49,552 nt of DNA from Octopus bimaculoides (GCF_001194135.2 NC_069001.1:7683879-7733430), one strand, 5' to 3'; shown: positions 10,174 to 22,355, counted from the stretch's first letter. Notes: a model not told the origin generated them from the sequence alone. Program-made: numbers and translations.

Positions 10174-10589
10174 TGAGAGATTTCGAAATGTACTATTTCT
10201 ATTATATATATAGATATATATATATATATTTATTAGGTATATATACATATATATATTAGGTATATATACATATACACACGTTAGATTGGCTTCTAACAAT
10301 ACAACTGTCAGTGTAGATACAAAGAGGAGACAAGTGCTCCATATATATTTGCTGAGTAATAACAACTACAACGATAATAATAATAATAATAATAAAAACA
10401 ACAGCAATAACTAAAAGTCTTCCGAGGAAGAAGTATGAGTGTTAATTTTATATTTTACATTTTCAAGGGTCATTGAGGAGATTTCAAGTGGACATCTTAA
10501 GAAAACGAACGATAATAACACAATGAAATAGAATATAGCAATGGAAGAGGAAGGCACGAACGGGGTGGAGGGGTTTGGTCACTATTGCT

Positions 10590-10830
10590 ACTACAATCAC
10601 CACCACCACCACTTCCACCGCTACTGCTGCTACTACTACCACCATCACCACCACCGCCTGACGCTGACACCATCATTACTACCACCTGTATCACCACTGT
10701 TACCACCACACCAACACCATCACTTCCGACACCACCACCACCACCACTATTCCCCGCCAACAGCACTGTCACTGCAGCCACCACTACCCACACCACCACT
10801 ACCCACGCCACCACATGCAACAACAATTCT
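10590..10830. repeat. Degenerate (CAC/CTA/CAT)n trinucleotide low-complexity tract
   Basis: Direct read. It accounts for the His-, Pro- and Thr-rich ORFs at 10497-11075. Confidence 0.85.
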
Positions 10831-11386
10831 AATGACAATACACTGAAAGTTAAACAATTTCTATTTCTGCCACCTTCAGGTAAAAACATTGTTATCATTA
10901 TTGAAATACAAAAGAAATCATTATTAATATTATTGTTATTATTAATATTATTATTATTATTATTATTGACATTATTCTTATTATTACCATCATCATTATT
11001 CTTATTATTATTATTAATCCACTTAAAACCTATCACATTGTAACAATGCACTCTTTTGCTTATTAATAAACTCATTTCTTATCTGGAGAACATCCATATT
11101 TTGTTTTTAATACAAAGCTTTCACTGTGTGTAAATGTGTCTTTTATTCACTCATACACACACATACATACACATACATACACATATATATATATACATAT
11201 ACATACATATATATACATACACATATATATACATACACATATATATACATATACATACACATATACATACATATATATATATACATATACATACATATAT
11301 ATATACATATACATTATATATATACACACACATATACATATATATATACACACACACGCATATATATATACACACATACACACATT

Positions 11387-11449
<63 letters not shown>

Positions 11450-11679
11450 CACATATGTATGTATGTATGTATGCATTTTCAATATCTCTAAGATGTGTGC
11501 ATGTATATAAACATATATACATAAATGTATACGTGTTCTAACATCCAATTTTTCATGTTTACATGGGTCAAACAGAATCCCTTCAAGCAGATTTTGTATG
11601 GCTGGATGCCCTTCCTGGATGCCTCACCTGTTTCCAAACAAGGTAATATTTACCCATGGCCAGACATGCTTTTGCAGAA

Positions 11680-11945
11680 CTTTTGCCGAACCACTAAGTT
11701 ACAAGGATGTAAATACACCAACACTGGTTGTCAAGCAGTGATGGGGAGACAAACAGACACAAAGACAAACACACACATATATATGCGACAGGATTCTCTC
11801 AGTTTCCATCTACTAAATCCACTCACAAGGCTTTGGTCGACCCAAGGCTATAATAGATTACATTTGCCCAAGGTGCCATGCAGTGGGACTGAACATGGAA
11901 CTATGTGATTAGGCAGCAGGCTTTTTACCACACAACCAAGCCTGT
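11680..11945 (-). mobile_element. SINE family B
   Basis: Reverse complement of head, CORE-like region and post-microsatellite region (CTTTTGCCGAACCACTAAGTTAC..AAATCCACTCACAAGGCTTTGGTCG..GCCCAAGGTGCC..ACCACACA). Confidence 0.8.
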
Positions 11946-12548
11946 GCCTATGCATACATTCTATATATGTGGATAGATGTGTATACACTATATGTCCCAA
12001 TAGGTGTAAATTCAATATATTTTAATAGAAACAAGCAGGTTTTAAAAGGGTACATTCTGAGTTACTTCAGACTTTTAATTAATTAATAATTAGTTTAAGA
12101 GGTGATTAATTACAGTCAATACCATTTTGATCGTAAATAAGTTCTATACATGAAAGAAGTGTGCACTGATTTCTTTCATCTAAATTACACATTAATATCT
12201 GGTTAACTAAAAAAATTTTTAATTAAAATAATTCATTGTTTATGATTTTTAGTTTTTCATTTTGAATTAAATGACTTTGATCTGCAAGAAAGGGATGTGT
12301 CTGTGGCCTTGACAGACTCTCAGTGACTAGAAATAGCAACCAAATTCCCTCCATGTCACTTCTTGTTGTTGCTAAAAACATGGCACACTACACATGAATC
12401 TGTTCAGTAAAGGCCAGCCTAAGGTGTAAACATCAATTAAACATATGCCAAGGTTGGGTTTGAACTCATGGTTTGTAATTTGAATGTAGAGTTGTAAAGA
12501 GAGAAGAATTACAACATGGAAAATTAAGTTAACAATCAAAAGTAAGTA

Positions 12549-12872
12549 GTTGATAATGTGGAAAAGAGTGGCTGATAACGTGGAAAAGAATGGCTGATAA
12601 CGTGGAAAAGAGTGGCTGATAACGTGGAAAAGAGTGGCTGATAATAGAGAAATGCATGGTTGATAATGCAGAAACGCATGGTTGATAATACAGAATAGCA
12701 TGGTTGATAATGCAGAAATGTGTGGTTGATAATGCAGGAGTGCATTGCTGATAATGTGGAAATGTGTGGTTAATAATGTAGAAATATGTGGCTGATAATG
12801 TGGAAATGTATGGTTGTTGGTGTAGAAATGTATAGCTCATGGTTTGGAAATGTGGAAATGCTTGGTTGATAA
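12549..12872. repeat. 22-bp minisatellite, about 14 units, consensus G(C/T)TGATAATGTGGAAA(A/T)G(A/T)(G/A)TG
   Basis: Units such as GCTGATAACGTGGAAAAGAGTG occur three times nearly identically at 12571-12636 and then diverge progressively. Confidence 0.9.
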
Positions 12873-13714
12873 TCTAACTGCAAGGTTAAATAGTTTGTTT
12901 CACAAGTATCTGGTTCCAGATTTGATCCCACTGCACAGCGATTTAAGCAAGTGCCTTCTACGATAGCTTCAATTTGATAGGTAGCCTTACGAATGGAATT
13001 TGGTAAACAGAAAATCTATGGAAGTCCATCATATATACATATATATATATAAATTTAATTTAGGTATTAACCTTGTAGTTTGCTTTAGAAAGCAAGTACA
13101 ATAGGTATTGTGTATCAGATACAATTTCATGAAGAAAATTGATCATTTTACAGAAGATACATATGAAAATCCATGAATATCTGTAGAGTTTACTTAAATA
13201 TTAACAAGGAGAATGGAGTGAGTAACACATTTTATTGCATAATAAAGCAATTGTTTCATCAACTCTTTACCAGAAGGATTATTGCTGAAATATTATTATA
13301 TATGAAATAATATGTATTATAACATCACCAATGAAAGGCATATATATATATATATATTCTATGAAATAAGGGCTAGTTTGTCAAACTGGATTATATGAAT
13401 ACCTCAAGAGCCAATACTTTCCAGCATTGCTCAAATAATACTGATTTGATGGACTATTTCATTTATTACATAATATTCCATAATTACATAATATTCTGGT
13501 AAAGTGATGAAACAATTGTAGCATTATGCAATAAGAATGTGCTGCTCACTCCATTTTCATTGTTGACATTTATATATGTGTAAGGTGGGAAGCTGACAGA
13601 ATCATTAGCACGGAATTTGAACTCAAAACGTAACGGCAGACGAAATACCGCTAAGCATTTCGCTCGACGTGCTAACATTTCTGCCAGCTCAGCACAGACG
13701 TTTCTGCTAACATT

Positions 13715-13870
13715 TCTATCAGGCTTCCACACAGTTTCTGTCTATCAAATTCCTGCACAAAGCATTGGTTATCTTGAAGATACCACAGAAGACATTTGTC
13801 CAAGGTGCCATGCAGTGGAAGGGAACTCAAAACCACATGGTTTCAAAGTAAGCTTCTTAACCACACAAAT
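13715..13870 (-). mobile_element. SINE family B, 5' half
   Basis: TTTCTGTCTATCAAATTC..ACTTGTCCAAGG-like GACATTTGTCCAAGGTGCC..AAGCTTCTTAACCACACA. Confidence 0.7.
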
Positions 13871-14204
13871 ATCGAAAAGCATAGAAACAGAAAAAAAAAA
13901 ATCAGAGAGAGAGAGAGAAACAGAGCCAAGGGACAGACAGACAGACAGATGCAGAGAATGTAAGAAATGGCTGGTTTCACTTGAAATACTAAAATCAACA
14001 AGACTAAAAAAACATCCCCACAAAAAATACAAAAAAAAAAGCCATCTTCTATTTCACCAATTTGTCTCTTTTTCTTTTTCCAACTGATTAATTTTTCTTG
14101 GTTCTTCAGTTTGGCACCACCCAACACATTTACTTCAGATGTTAACTGAAATGCTCAAAGAGATGACAATCCAAGAGACAATTTACCCAGAAAACGAAAT
14201 ATTT

Positions 14205-14672
14205 CAACAAAGAAAGAAAACACAAAGGGAGATGAGAAAGAAAGAAAGAAAGACAGAAGAGAAAGAAATAAAGAAAGAGAGAAAGAAAGAAAACACAAAG
14301 AGAGAAGAGAAAGAAAGACAGAAAACACAAAAGAAAGAAAGAAGAGAAAGACAGAAGAGAAAGACAGAAGAGAAAGACAGAAGAGAAAGACAGAAGAGAA
14401 AGACAGAAGAGAAANNNNNNNNNNGACAGAAGAGAAAGACAGAAGAGAAAGACAGAAGAGAAAGACAGAAGAGAAAGACAGAAGAGAAAGACAGAAGAGG
14501 AAGGAAGGAGAAAGACAGAGAGAAAAGAGAAAGAAAGGAAGAAAGAAAGAAAGAAAGAAAGAAGAGAAAGAAATAAAAAAGGAGAGAAAGAAAGGAGAGA
14601 AAGAAAGGAGAGAAAGAAAGGAGAGAAAGAAAGAAAGAAAGAAAGAAAGGAGAGAAAAAAGAAAGAAAGCTG
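14205..14672. repeat. Purine-rich tract with 13-bp tandem repeats (GACAGAAGAGAAA)n and (GAAAGAAAGGAGA)n
   Basis: Direct read. It includes a 10-N gap at 14415-14424. Confidence 0.9.
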
Positions 14673-14984
14673 TGAGAAAGAGGAGTTTTTGGTTTTTATG
14701 TTTTAGCTTCTTTCGTTATTATATTTGGTGTTGTGTTCTTAGAAAGTTGGGTTTACACACAAACACACATGGTACAGACATACACACACGCTCACACACA
14801 TATATACACATGCATACACACATACAAAAGCACAGACACACTTGTTCGCACGCGTGCAGAACAGACAGACACATACACATTTGTACATATACAGGCACAT
14901 ACATTCATACACACATTTGTACATATACAAACAACATACTCACACATGTATACATGCTCATTCTTACATACAGATGCATTCAGA

Positions 14985-15024
<40 letters not shown>

Positions 15025-15368
15025 AAGACACACATGTAGACACACATACATTCATACATGCAGATTACACATGCATACACAAATACATGCATACATACAC
15101 ACAAGCACACACATTCATACACACATTCACACACACAAATACATACACAGAAGAACACACACACACATACACACACAAATACATACACAGAAGAACACAT
15201 GCATTCATACACACACACACACACATGGGTGGGCAAGAGATGTTGGCATAACAAAGAAAATATTTTTATTCATTTGCTTAGGCTTCTTGTTTTGTTTGTT
15301 TCTTCCATGCGTCCCCGGTGGTCCCTTCTCAACAGCCGCCAAAAATAGTGATGGGTGACATTGCTTAC

Positions 15369-15438
15369 ACGAACAGAAAGGTAGCAAAATAGATTGCAAG
15401 GAGATTCTGTGATGTTCATGAATTTCTCCAGAGAATCA
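15369..15438 (-). CDS. Weak candidate coding exon (DSLEKFMNITESPCNLFCYLSVR)
   Basis: Acceptor agttattttcattag|T, donor CGT|gtaagc, and 23 open codons in unique sequence. An overlapping plus-strand 45-nt alternative (15336-15380, PPKIVMGDIAYTNRK) also has plausible splice sites. Confidence 0.25.
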
Positions 15439-15521
15439 CTAATGAAAATAACTTGACTGTTGCTCCGCCGAGTCATACTTAGGGGTCAGTGTGATTGACT
15501 ACCCTCTCCCCTCAAAAGTGA

Positions 15522-16160
15522 TGTGTCCCCTGGTCACCCCTTGATGTGTGTGCTTCCTGGTCAGCTCCCAAGGTGCCCCTTGTCAGCTCCCAATGTGCCC
15601 CAAATCAACTCCTGATGTGACCCCAATCAGCTTTCAATGTGCCCTGAGTCAGCTCCCGATGTGGCCCAGGTTAGCTCCCAATGTGCAGTGGGTCAGCTTC
15701 TGATTGCCCTGGGTCAGCTCCTGATGTGCCCTGAGTCAGCTCCTGATGTGCCCTGGATCAGCTCCTGATGTGCCCTGGATCAGCTCCTGATGTGCCCTGG
15801 GTCAGCTTCTGATGTGCCCTGGGTCAGCTCCTGATGTGCCCTGGGTCAGCTTCTGATGTGCCCTGGGTCAGCTTCTGATGTGCCCTGGGTCAGCTNNNNN
15901 NNNNNGATGTGCCCTGGATCAGCTCCTGATGTGCCCTGGATCAGCTCCTGATGTGCCCTGGGTCAGCTTCTGATGTGCCCTGGGTCAGCTCCTGATGTGC
16001 CCTGGGTCAGCTTCTGATGTGCCCTGGGTCAGCTTCTGATGTGCCCTGGGTCAGCTTCTGATGTGCCCTGGGTCAGCTCCCAATGTGCCCAGTCAGCTTC
16101 TGGTGTTCCCTGGGTCAGTCTGTTCCTGATCTGCCCCTACTGATCTACCCTTGTTCTGTC
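15522..16160. repeat. GC-rich 22-bp minisatellite, about 28 units, consensus GATGTGCCCTGG(G/A)TCAGCT(C/T)CT
   Basis: Near-identical central units (about 15700-16080), degenerate flanking units, and a 10-N gap at 15896-15905. Confidence 0.95.
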
Positions 16161-17300
16161 TCTGGTCACCTCATGATCTGTGCTTGAAGTTATTTTAGTG
16201 GCACTTGCTGTAATCATCGATGCCATGGCTTTGATCTGTGACAATGACTCTCTCCCACCAAAACTGTGGGCTGTGATCCTTTCCTTCTCTGATTACATCT
16301 TAAATAAAATTTAAACAAACACTAAACTCCACACAAACACAGTAATATATAATGTCTAATTATTAATTCAGGTGTGCACACACACATATACACATACAGT
16401 GATATACTATACCTTGTTATTAATTCACAGATACACACTAACACACACATGTATGCACACGTGTGTGCACACATATACACACACGTACATATACATATGC
16501 ACACTTACTAACAGTAATATACTATGTCTTGTCATTAATTAATATCTGACTCAGACAGTTTATCTTGACGAAGACTAGACGAGATAATGAGACAAGATAA
16601 AAGTTGATTTCATTTTGTTTTTGCTGCAGTTCTTCAGGTTTCATAATGATGATTGTTACGTTTCAAACAATTACATAACAAAAAGCTAATATAAATAAAT
16701 ACAAAAATTTATTTTAAACAAACAAAAAAAGAAATGGAAATAAGAAAAAGAAAATTTTCAATCACTTGGAAAGAATTGTATTTCGAAAACCTGAAACTAT
16801 TTTATTCTACAATAACTAACTGGTCTGTTAGAGAGAACGGTTATCTGCAAGGCTGGCTACAGTGGCTTTGAAGCCACATCATCCAAACCGACCGGGTAAA
16901 ACCAGACTTAGCTGCTAGTGTATATATATAAATGAAATTAACCATATGCATTTCATATGACCAAGATTCTGTGAATATCTCCAATGAAACACGGGTACTA
17001 AAGCATCCTTCTCTTCCATGTTGATATTAATGTCACTTATGGAGACATTAACCTCATGTGTGAAGGAATGTCAATTCATGGAGGCAATTGATCACCAGTT
17101 CAAAGAAAACACTGAGTGGCGAGGTTGAATGTGTTAATGTAATGAGCATGTATGTGTACAACGCATTTGTGTTCATACGCATGTATGTGGTGGTGGTGGT
17201 GGTGGTGGTTGGGGGTGGGGACACTGGCACTACCAGTTCTTTATTCCAGTCCAGTTTATCCTCAGATCTGTCTCTGTTTTCCTGTGTCACATCTTACAAC

Positions 17301-17395
17301 CTGTCTCGGAGAGAGACATGTTCGGAGTATGAAGACGGAGAAGTACAATGTCTTCAACGGTGAATTGACAAACAGAACCAGCATGGCAGAATAGC
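17301..17395 (-). CDS. Candidate coding exon (LFCHAGSVCQFTVEDIVLLRLHTPNMSLSET)
   Basis: Acceptor cattactgttgctag|G, donor CAG|gttgta or GTT|gtaaga (3 nt further), and 31 open codons. It is a unique GC-richer island between microsatellites. No homology recognised. Confidence 0.3.
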
Positions 17396-17447
17396 CTAGC
17401 AACAGTAATGTTTGTGTGGGTGGACGTGTGTATATGCACGTGTGTGT

Positions 17448-17487
<40 letters not shown>

Positions 17488-17652
17488 TAATGTGCAAGCG
17501 TGTGCATTAGTGTGTGTGTGTCTGCATTCTGTATTAATGTGTGTGTTCATGTGTATGTATGTGTGTGTGTGTGTGTGAGCACAAAGTGTGAATGTGTGTA
17601 TTAGTGTATGTTAACATGCGTGCGTGTGTATGTGCATGTGTATGTATATGTG

Positions 17653-17684
<32 letters not shown>

Positions 17685-17997
17685 CACATGTGTGTATATA
17701 TGTGCTGTTTTAATGTGTGGGTTGTTTATGTGTGTGTTAACATATGAGTAACTATATATCTGTGTGACTATGAGTGTGTTAATGCTTGTATGTGGGTGTA
17801 CAAGTTTATGTGTGTGCATGTGTTAATGAATATATGTGCGTAGATGTGTGCATGCATGGTTGAACGAATGTTTAAGCACAATGCAAGAGTATTCATTGAG
17901 TGGGTGTACATTACATGTGTGTTTCTGTGTGTGTGCGTGTGTGTCTGCTGTTTTAATGTGTAGGTATCTGTGTGTGTGTGTGTGTGTGTATGCGTGT

Positions 17998-18067
<70 letters not shown>

Positions 18068-18302
18068 CTGTGTGTATGTGCATACAAATGTATGCTTGTG
18101 TGTAAATATGTATAGCTGCTACTGTGTGAGTACATGTCTGGTAGTTACTGTGTGGGTGTATATATGTTATTGCATATGTAGGTGTTATGTGTTGTTATAC
18201 ATGGTGAATGTGTATGTGTGTATGTGTTAATGTATGCATGTGTACATATATTCATCAATGTGTGTATACATGCATATGTGAGATACATTATATGTATGTA
18301 TG

Positions 18303-18660
18303 TTTGCGGCTGTGCGGTAAGAGCTTTGCTTCCCAACCACATTGTTCCGGGTTCAGTCCACTGTGTGGCAACTTGGGCAAGTGTCTTTTACTATAGCCTG
18401 AGGTTGGCCAAAACCTTGCGAGTGGATTTGGCAGATGGAAACTGAAAGAAGCCCATCCTCCACCACCGCTACTTGACAACCAGTGTTGGTGTGTCTGCAT
18501 CCTCACAACTTAGCAGTTCGGATAAGAGTCCAAAAGACTAAATACCAGACTGTAATAAAAAACAGAAACGCATTGGTGTCAATTCATTCAACAAGATTTC
18601 TTCAAGGTGGTGCTCCATCATGGCCGTAGTCTAATGATTGAACATGTAAAAGATAAAAGA
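18303..18660 (+). mobile_element. SINE family B, full-length and decayed
   Basis: GGCTGTGCGGTAAGAGCTTTGCTTCCCAACCAC..GGGTTCAGTCC..CTTGGGCAAGTGTC..GGAAACTGAAAGAAGCCC..CATGGCCGTAGTCTAATGATTGAACATGTAAAAGA. Another 5' half lies at 19073-19230. Confidence 0.8.
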
Positions 18661-19039
18661 TGCATGTATGCAAGTGTATGTAAATTTATGTATATGTATG
18701 TGTGTGAATATGTGAGCTGTATTTTGTCTTTGCTTTGAATGAAATTCAAATGTGTCAAAGAGATTATATAAGCAGCCAAAGTACAACTTTGATTTATACA
18801 GAATTCCCACACAGACTAGAGATGATGACGATGACGACGACAGCAACAACAGCAGCAGCAGAGTGGATTAATTGGAAATGATAATGAAAGAATCTGATGC
18901 GACAACGGATAAATTTGATATCAAATTCACTTTCTGCTTTGTGTCTCTGTGTATATATATATGTGTGTGTGTGTGTCTGGGTAAATATATGTGTGTGTAC
19001 ATGTGTGTACACATACATACAACTCATTCTCTCTCTCAT

Positions 19040-19072
<33 letters not shown>

Positions 19073-19868
19073 TAGGAGTGGCTGTGTAGTAATAGCTTGC
19101 TTACCAACCACATGGCTCTGGGTTCGGTCCCACTGTGTGGCATCTTGAGAAGTGTCTTCTGCTATAGCCTCAGGCCGACCAAAGCCTTGTGAGTGGATTT
19201 GGTAGATGGAAACTGAAAGAAGCCCGTCGTATGTATGTATGTATGTATGTATGTATGTATGTATTACTCAGGAAGAGACTATTCTAGAGTACATTCTGCC
19301 TTATCTTCGAAACGTCTAGTTAGAATAGAGGCAGCTGACGAAGGATTAATTCTAAGTGGCTATCTGTTTTCCTATGTGTTCGTTCCGTTGTCTGTAGTTC
19401 ATTGTTATAACGTCCTGTACCCTGATATGCATTCTATATACACATGTAGATGTAAGTATGTACATATATGTGTGTATACATGNNNNNNNNNNNNNNNNNN
19501 NNNNNNNNNNNNNNNNNNNNNNNNNNNNNNNNNNNNNNNNNNNNNNNNNNNNNNNNNNNNNNNNNNNNNNNNNNNNNNNNNNNNNNNNNNNNNNNNNNNN
19601 NNNNNNNNNNNNNNNNNNNNNNNNNNNNNNNNNNNNNNNNNNNNNNNNNNNNNNNNNNNNNNNNNNNNNNNNNNNNNNNNNNNNNNNNNNNNNNNNNNNN
19701 NNNNNNNNNNNNNNNNNNNNNNNNNNNNNNNNNNNNNNNNNNNNNNNNNNNNNNNNNNNNNNNNNNNNNNNNNNNNNNNNNNNNNNNNNNNNNNGTGTGA
19801 CTGTCACTGCTGTATTTATCTTTATAGACAGTTAAGAAAGCAACATTCCTATATTGAAAGACTTCCCT

Positions 19869-19904
<36 letters not shown>

Positions 19905-20599
19905 GCAGGTGAATAAAATATGTCATTTGATTTCTAGGGAACATCCCTGCCTCTCTACTATTCTACTCTGTCCCCCCCCCCACTGCTTCACTAAAAGGGG
20001 TGAATTTCAGGTCAAAGACAAGGCTTGACTGACAAACACACACACACACACGCATGCATGCATGCACACGTTTACATTAACGCACAGATTCAATTTAGTA
20101 ATATAGATATGTTAATAAATAGGAGTAGGGGGCAGGGTTTGGGAATACTTTACCCCCCATTTTCTCATATGTTATTTTTCTCTGTTCCACTTGTTTGTTT
20201 CTTTCTCTCCGACCCATTAATTTCTCAGCTTGATACCTGTTCTACCTCAAATCAGCCAGCTGGATACCTGTTCTACCTCAAATCACCCAGCTCCATATAC
20301 CTTTTACCATAAACAGCCAATCACTGAAGCAAGAGTAGGGACTGTTATCCATTTACCAAATGTAACACACACATAGAAATAAATACAAAAATGAATGCCC
20401 CTAATAAGGTTTGAACTCATGACCCTCAGAGTAAATAGTCTAGCCATGTAACCTCACAGCCATTATGCTTCAATCTAATTGCATCTTTTACTCGTTTCAG
20501 TCATTAGACTGCAGCCATACAGGGCAGGGAGGGGACAGCTGTGCCAAAACGTCTCATACACCTTTACTTGGTCTGATATAAAATTATAATCCCTCCTGT

Positions 20600-20890
20600 G
20601 AAGGTGCTTGGCTTAGCGGTTAAGGTATTCAACTCATGATTATAAGGTCATGAGTTCAATTCCTAGCGGCACATTGCGTCCTTGAGCAAGACACTTTATT
20701 TCACATTGTTCCAGTCCACTCAGGAGGAAAACTGAGTAATACCTGTAATTAGGGCCAGCCTTGTCACTTTCTGTGTTATACTGAATCTCCCTGAGAACTA
20801 CATGTCCGTGGAGTGCTCAGCCACTTGCACATTAATTTCACAAGCAGGCTGTTCTGTGGAACCCTCATCATCATAAACGACGAAGTGCCA
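20600..20890 (+). mobile_element. SINE family C (short, CORE-like subtype)
   Basis: tRNA-like head GGCTTAGCGGTTAAGG..GAGTTCAATTCC, CCTTGAGCAAGACACTTT, and 3' region GGAGTGCTCAGCCACTTGCAC..AGCAGGCTGTTC shared with 34524-34896. Confidence 0.8.
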
Positions 20891-21321
20891 ATTATTATTC
20901 CTTCTAGATGGAACTGCTTCCAATGCAGCTTACAGATTCCACGTTTTCTTCTTGAGTTCCTTGTTTTTTTGTTTTGTTTTATTTCAGCATGATTCTGCTA
21001 CCAGAATAATTATTATAATTGACATAAAAACTATAAAAACTATTGACCAGATATTAGGTTGCAATATTATCAAGCTAGCTTTTTGCAATAGGCACAGTCG
21101 GTCGATGTTTTATTGCATTATGGATAGAATAACTGATGTGAACACAGATTAGTCTAATACGACTGAAAATTGAGATCTGCATTGCAATCAGCTTGCATGA
21201 TAATGCAAAATATATATATGGTAGATATCACAATATTGTGATATCTGGACAATTAAATAAGAGGGAGAATGATAGAAGAGTCAGTAGCATGACAGACAAA
21301 GGGCTGTTAGCGTTAATTTTT

Positions 21322-21635
21322 TGCTTGTTTCAGTCATTAGACTGTGGTCATGCTGGAGCACTGCCTTCAAGAGTTTAGTAGAACAAATCAATTCCAGTAT
21401 TTCATTTATTTTTCATTTTTTTTCTTCTTTAGACTTGTGCTTATTTTATTGGTTGCTTTCTGCTGAAATAACTTACAAGGATGTAAACAAACTAACACTT
21501 GTTGTCGAGTAGCAGTGAAAGACAAACACACACACATATTCATAAATACACGCACACATATATACAAACATACATATAAATACATATACACATATAAATA
21601 CATATACACATGCACACAAACATATACATATAAAT

Positions 21636-21666
<31 letters not shown>

Positions 21667-21706
21667 AATACATATACACACACACACACATATATATTTA
21701 CATACA

Positions 21707-21769
<63 letters not shown>

Positions 21770-21860
21770 CTGATGGGCAAAGAAAAAAGATAATTGCTCA
21801 AAGTACAACACAATGGGACTGAACATGAAACCCTGTGGTTAAGGATCAAACTTCTTACCA
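21322..21860 (-). mobile_element. Decayed SINE family B with an expanded internal (CA/TA)n
   Basis: 3' end TTGTTTCAGTCATTAGACTGTGGTCATGCTGG at about 21325, head remnant GGGACTGAACATGAAACC..CTTACCACC at about 21815-21862, and a microsatellite between them. Confidence 0.7.
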
Positions 21861-22318
21861 CCCACCCACCCACACCTGTTTCATCACTTTTTATATTCTC
21901 AAGCTCAAATCCTGTTGAGAGTGGCTTTGTATTTCATCCTCCCAAGGTCAATAAAATAAACGAACGGTCAAGCACTGGTATCAATTTTATCAAAACATTA
22001 TATATTTTCTTTCAAATGCCTGACCTTATGTTAGGAATTATCATGATTAAATTAGTTTAGTATCACAATAAATTTAGTCTGATATCAATTTGATAGCTAT
22101 CAGAATATTTAATGAGCTGGCTATCACAATAAATAAATCAGCTATCAAAATTAATTTGCCTTGATAATGCAAAATATTTGCCAGAACCTTATGAAGTTAT
22201 TATAATTATCTGACATTACAATACACACACCCATACAGACAGACAGATACATAGATAGAAAAAAAATAGATACAACCACATATGTAGGCATACATCACAT
22301 AAGATTGGTCTTGCATCG

Positions 22319-22355
<37 letters not shown>

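Noticed and set aside
10497-11075. Pro/Thr/His-rich and Gly/Val-rich ORFs resembling extensins or mucins
   Set aside because: These are a degenerate CAC/CTA trinucleotide tract followed by (ATT)n. They are open in several frames on both strands and lack splice or start context.
11126-11548. Stack of 76-135 aa ORFs on both strands (likewise 3-564, 14672-15254, 17287-18445, 21406-21873, 29638-30172, 36052-36720, 43813-44120, 47409-47919)
   Set aside because: They are translations of (CA/TA/TG/GA)n microsatellites (HT/YI/CV/LS dipeptide runs) with no domain content.
14139-14576. Lys/Glu/Arg-rich 145-aa ORF
   Set aside because: It is the translation of the purine-rich 13-bp repeat tract, whose period is not a multiple of 3.
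15522-16160. Regular repeat array as a possible CRISPR (also 12549-12872 and 22612-22882)
   Set aside because: The units are contiguous with no unique spacers, the context is eukaryotic, and there are no cas genes.
19298-19348. Hammerhead halves in permuted order (CGAAACGTC...CTGACGAAGG)
   Set aside because: Both core motifs are present, but stems I and II cannot be paired convincingly. At best it is a decayed Penelope-type remnant.
19235-19912. Long ORFs spanning N runs (also 6470-6868, 24658-25089, 28003-28818, 29223-29516, 33064-33429, 44199-44615)
   Set aside because: Their length comes from X codons in assembly gaps.
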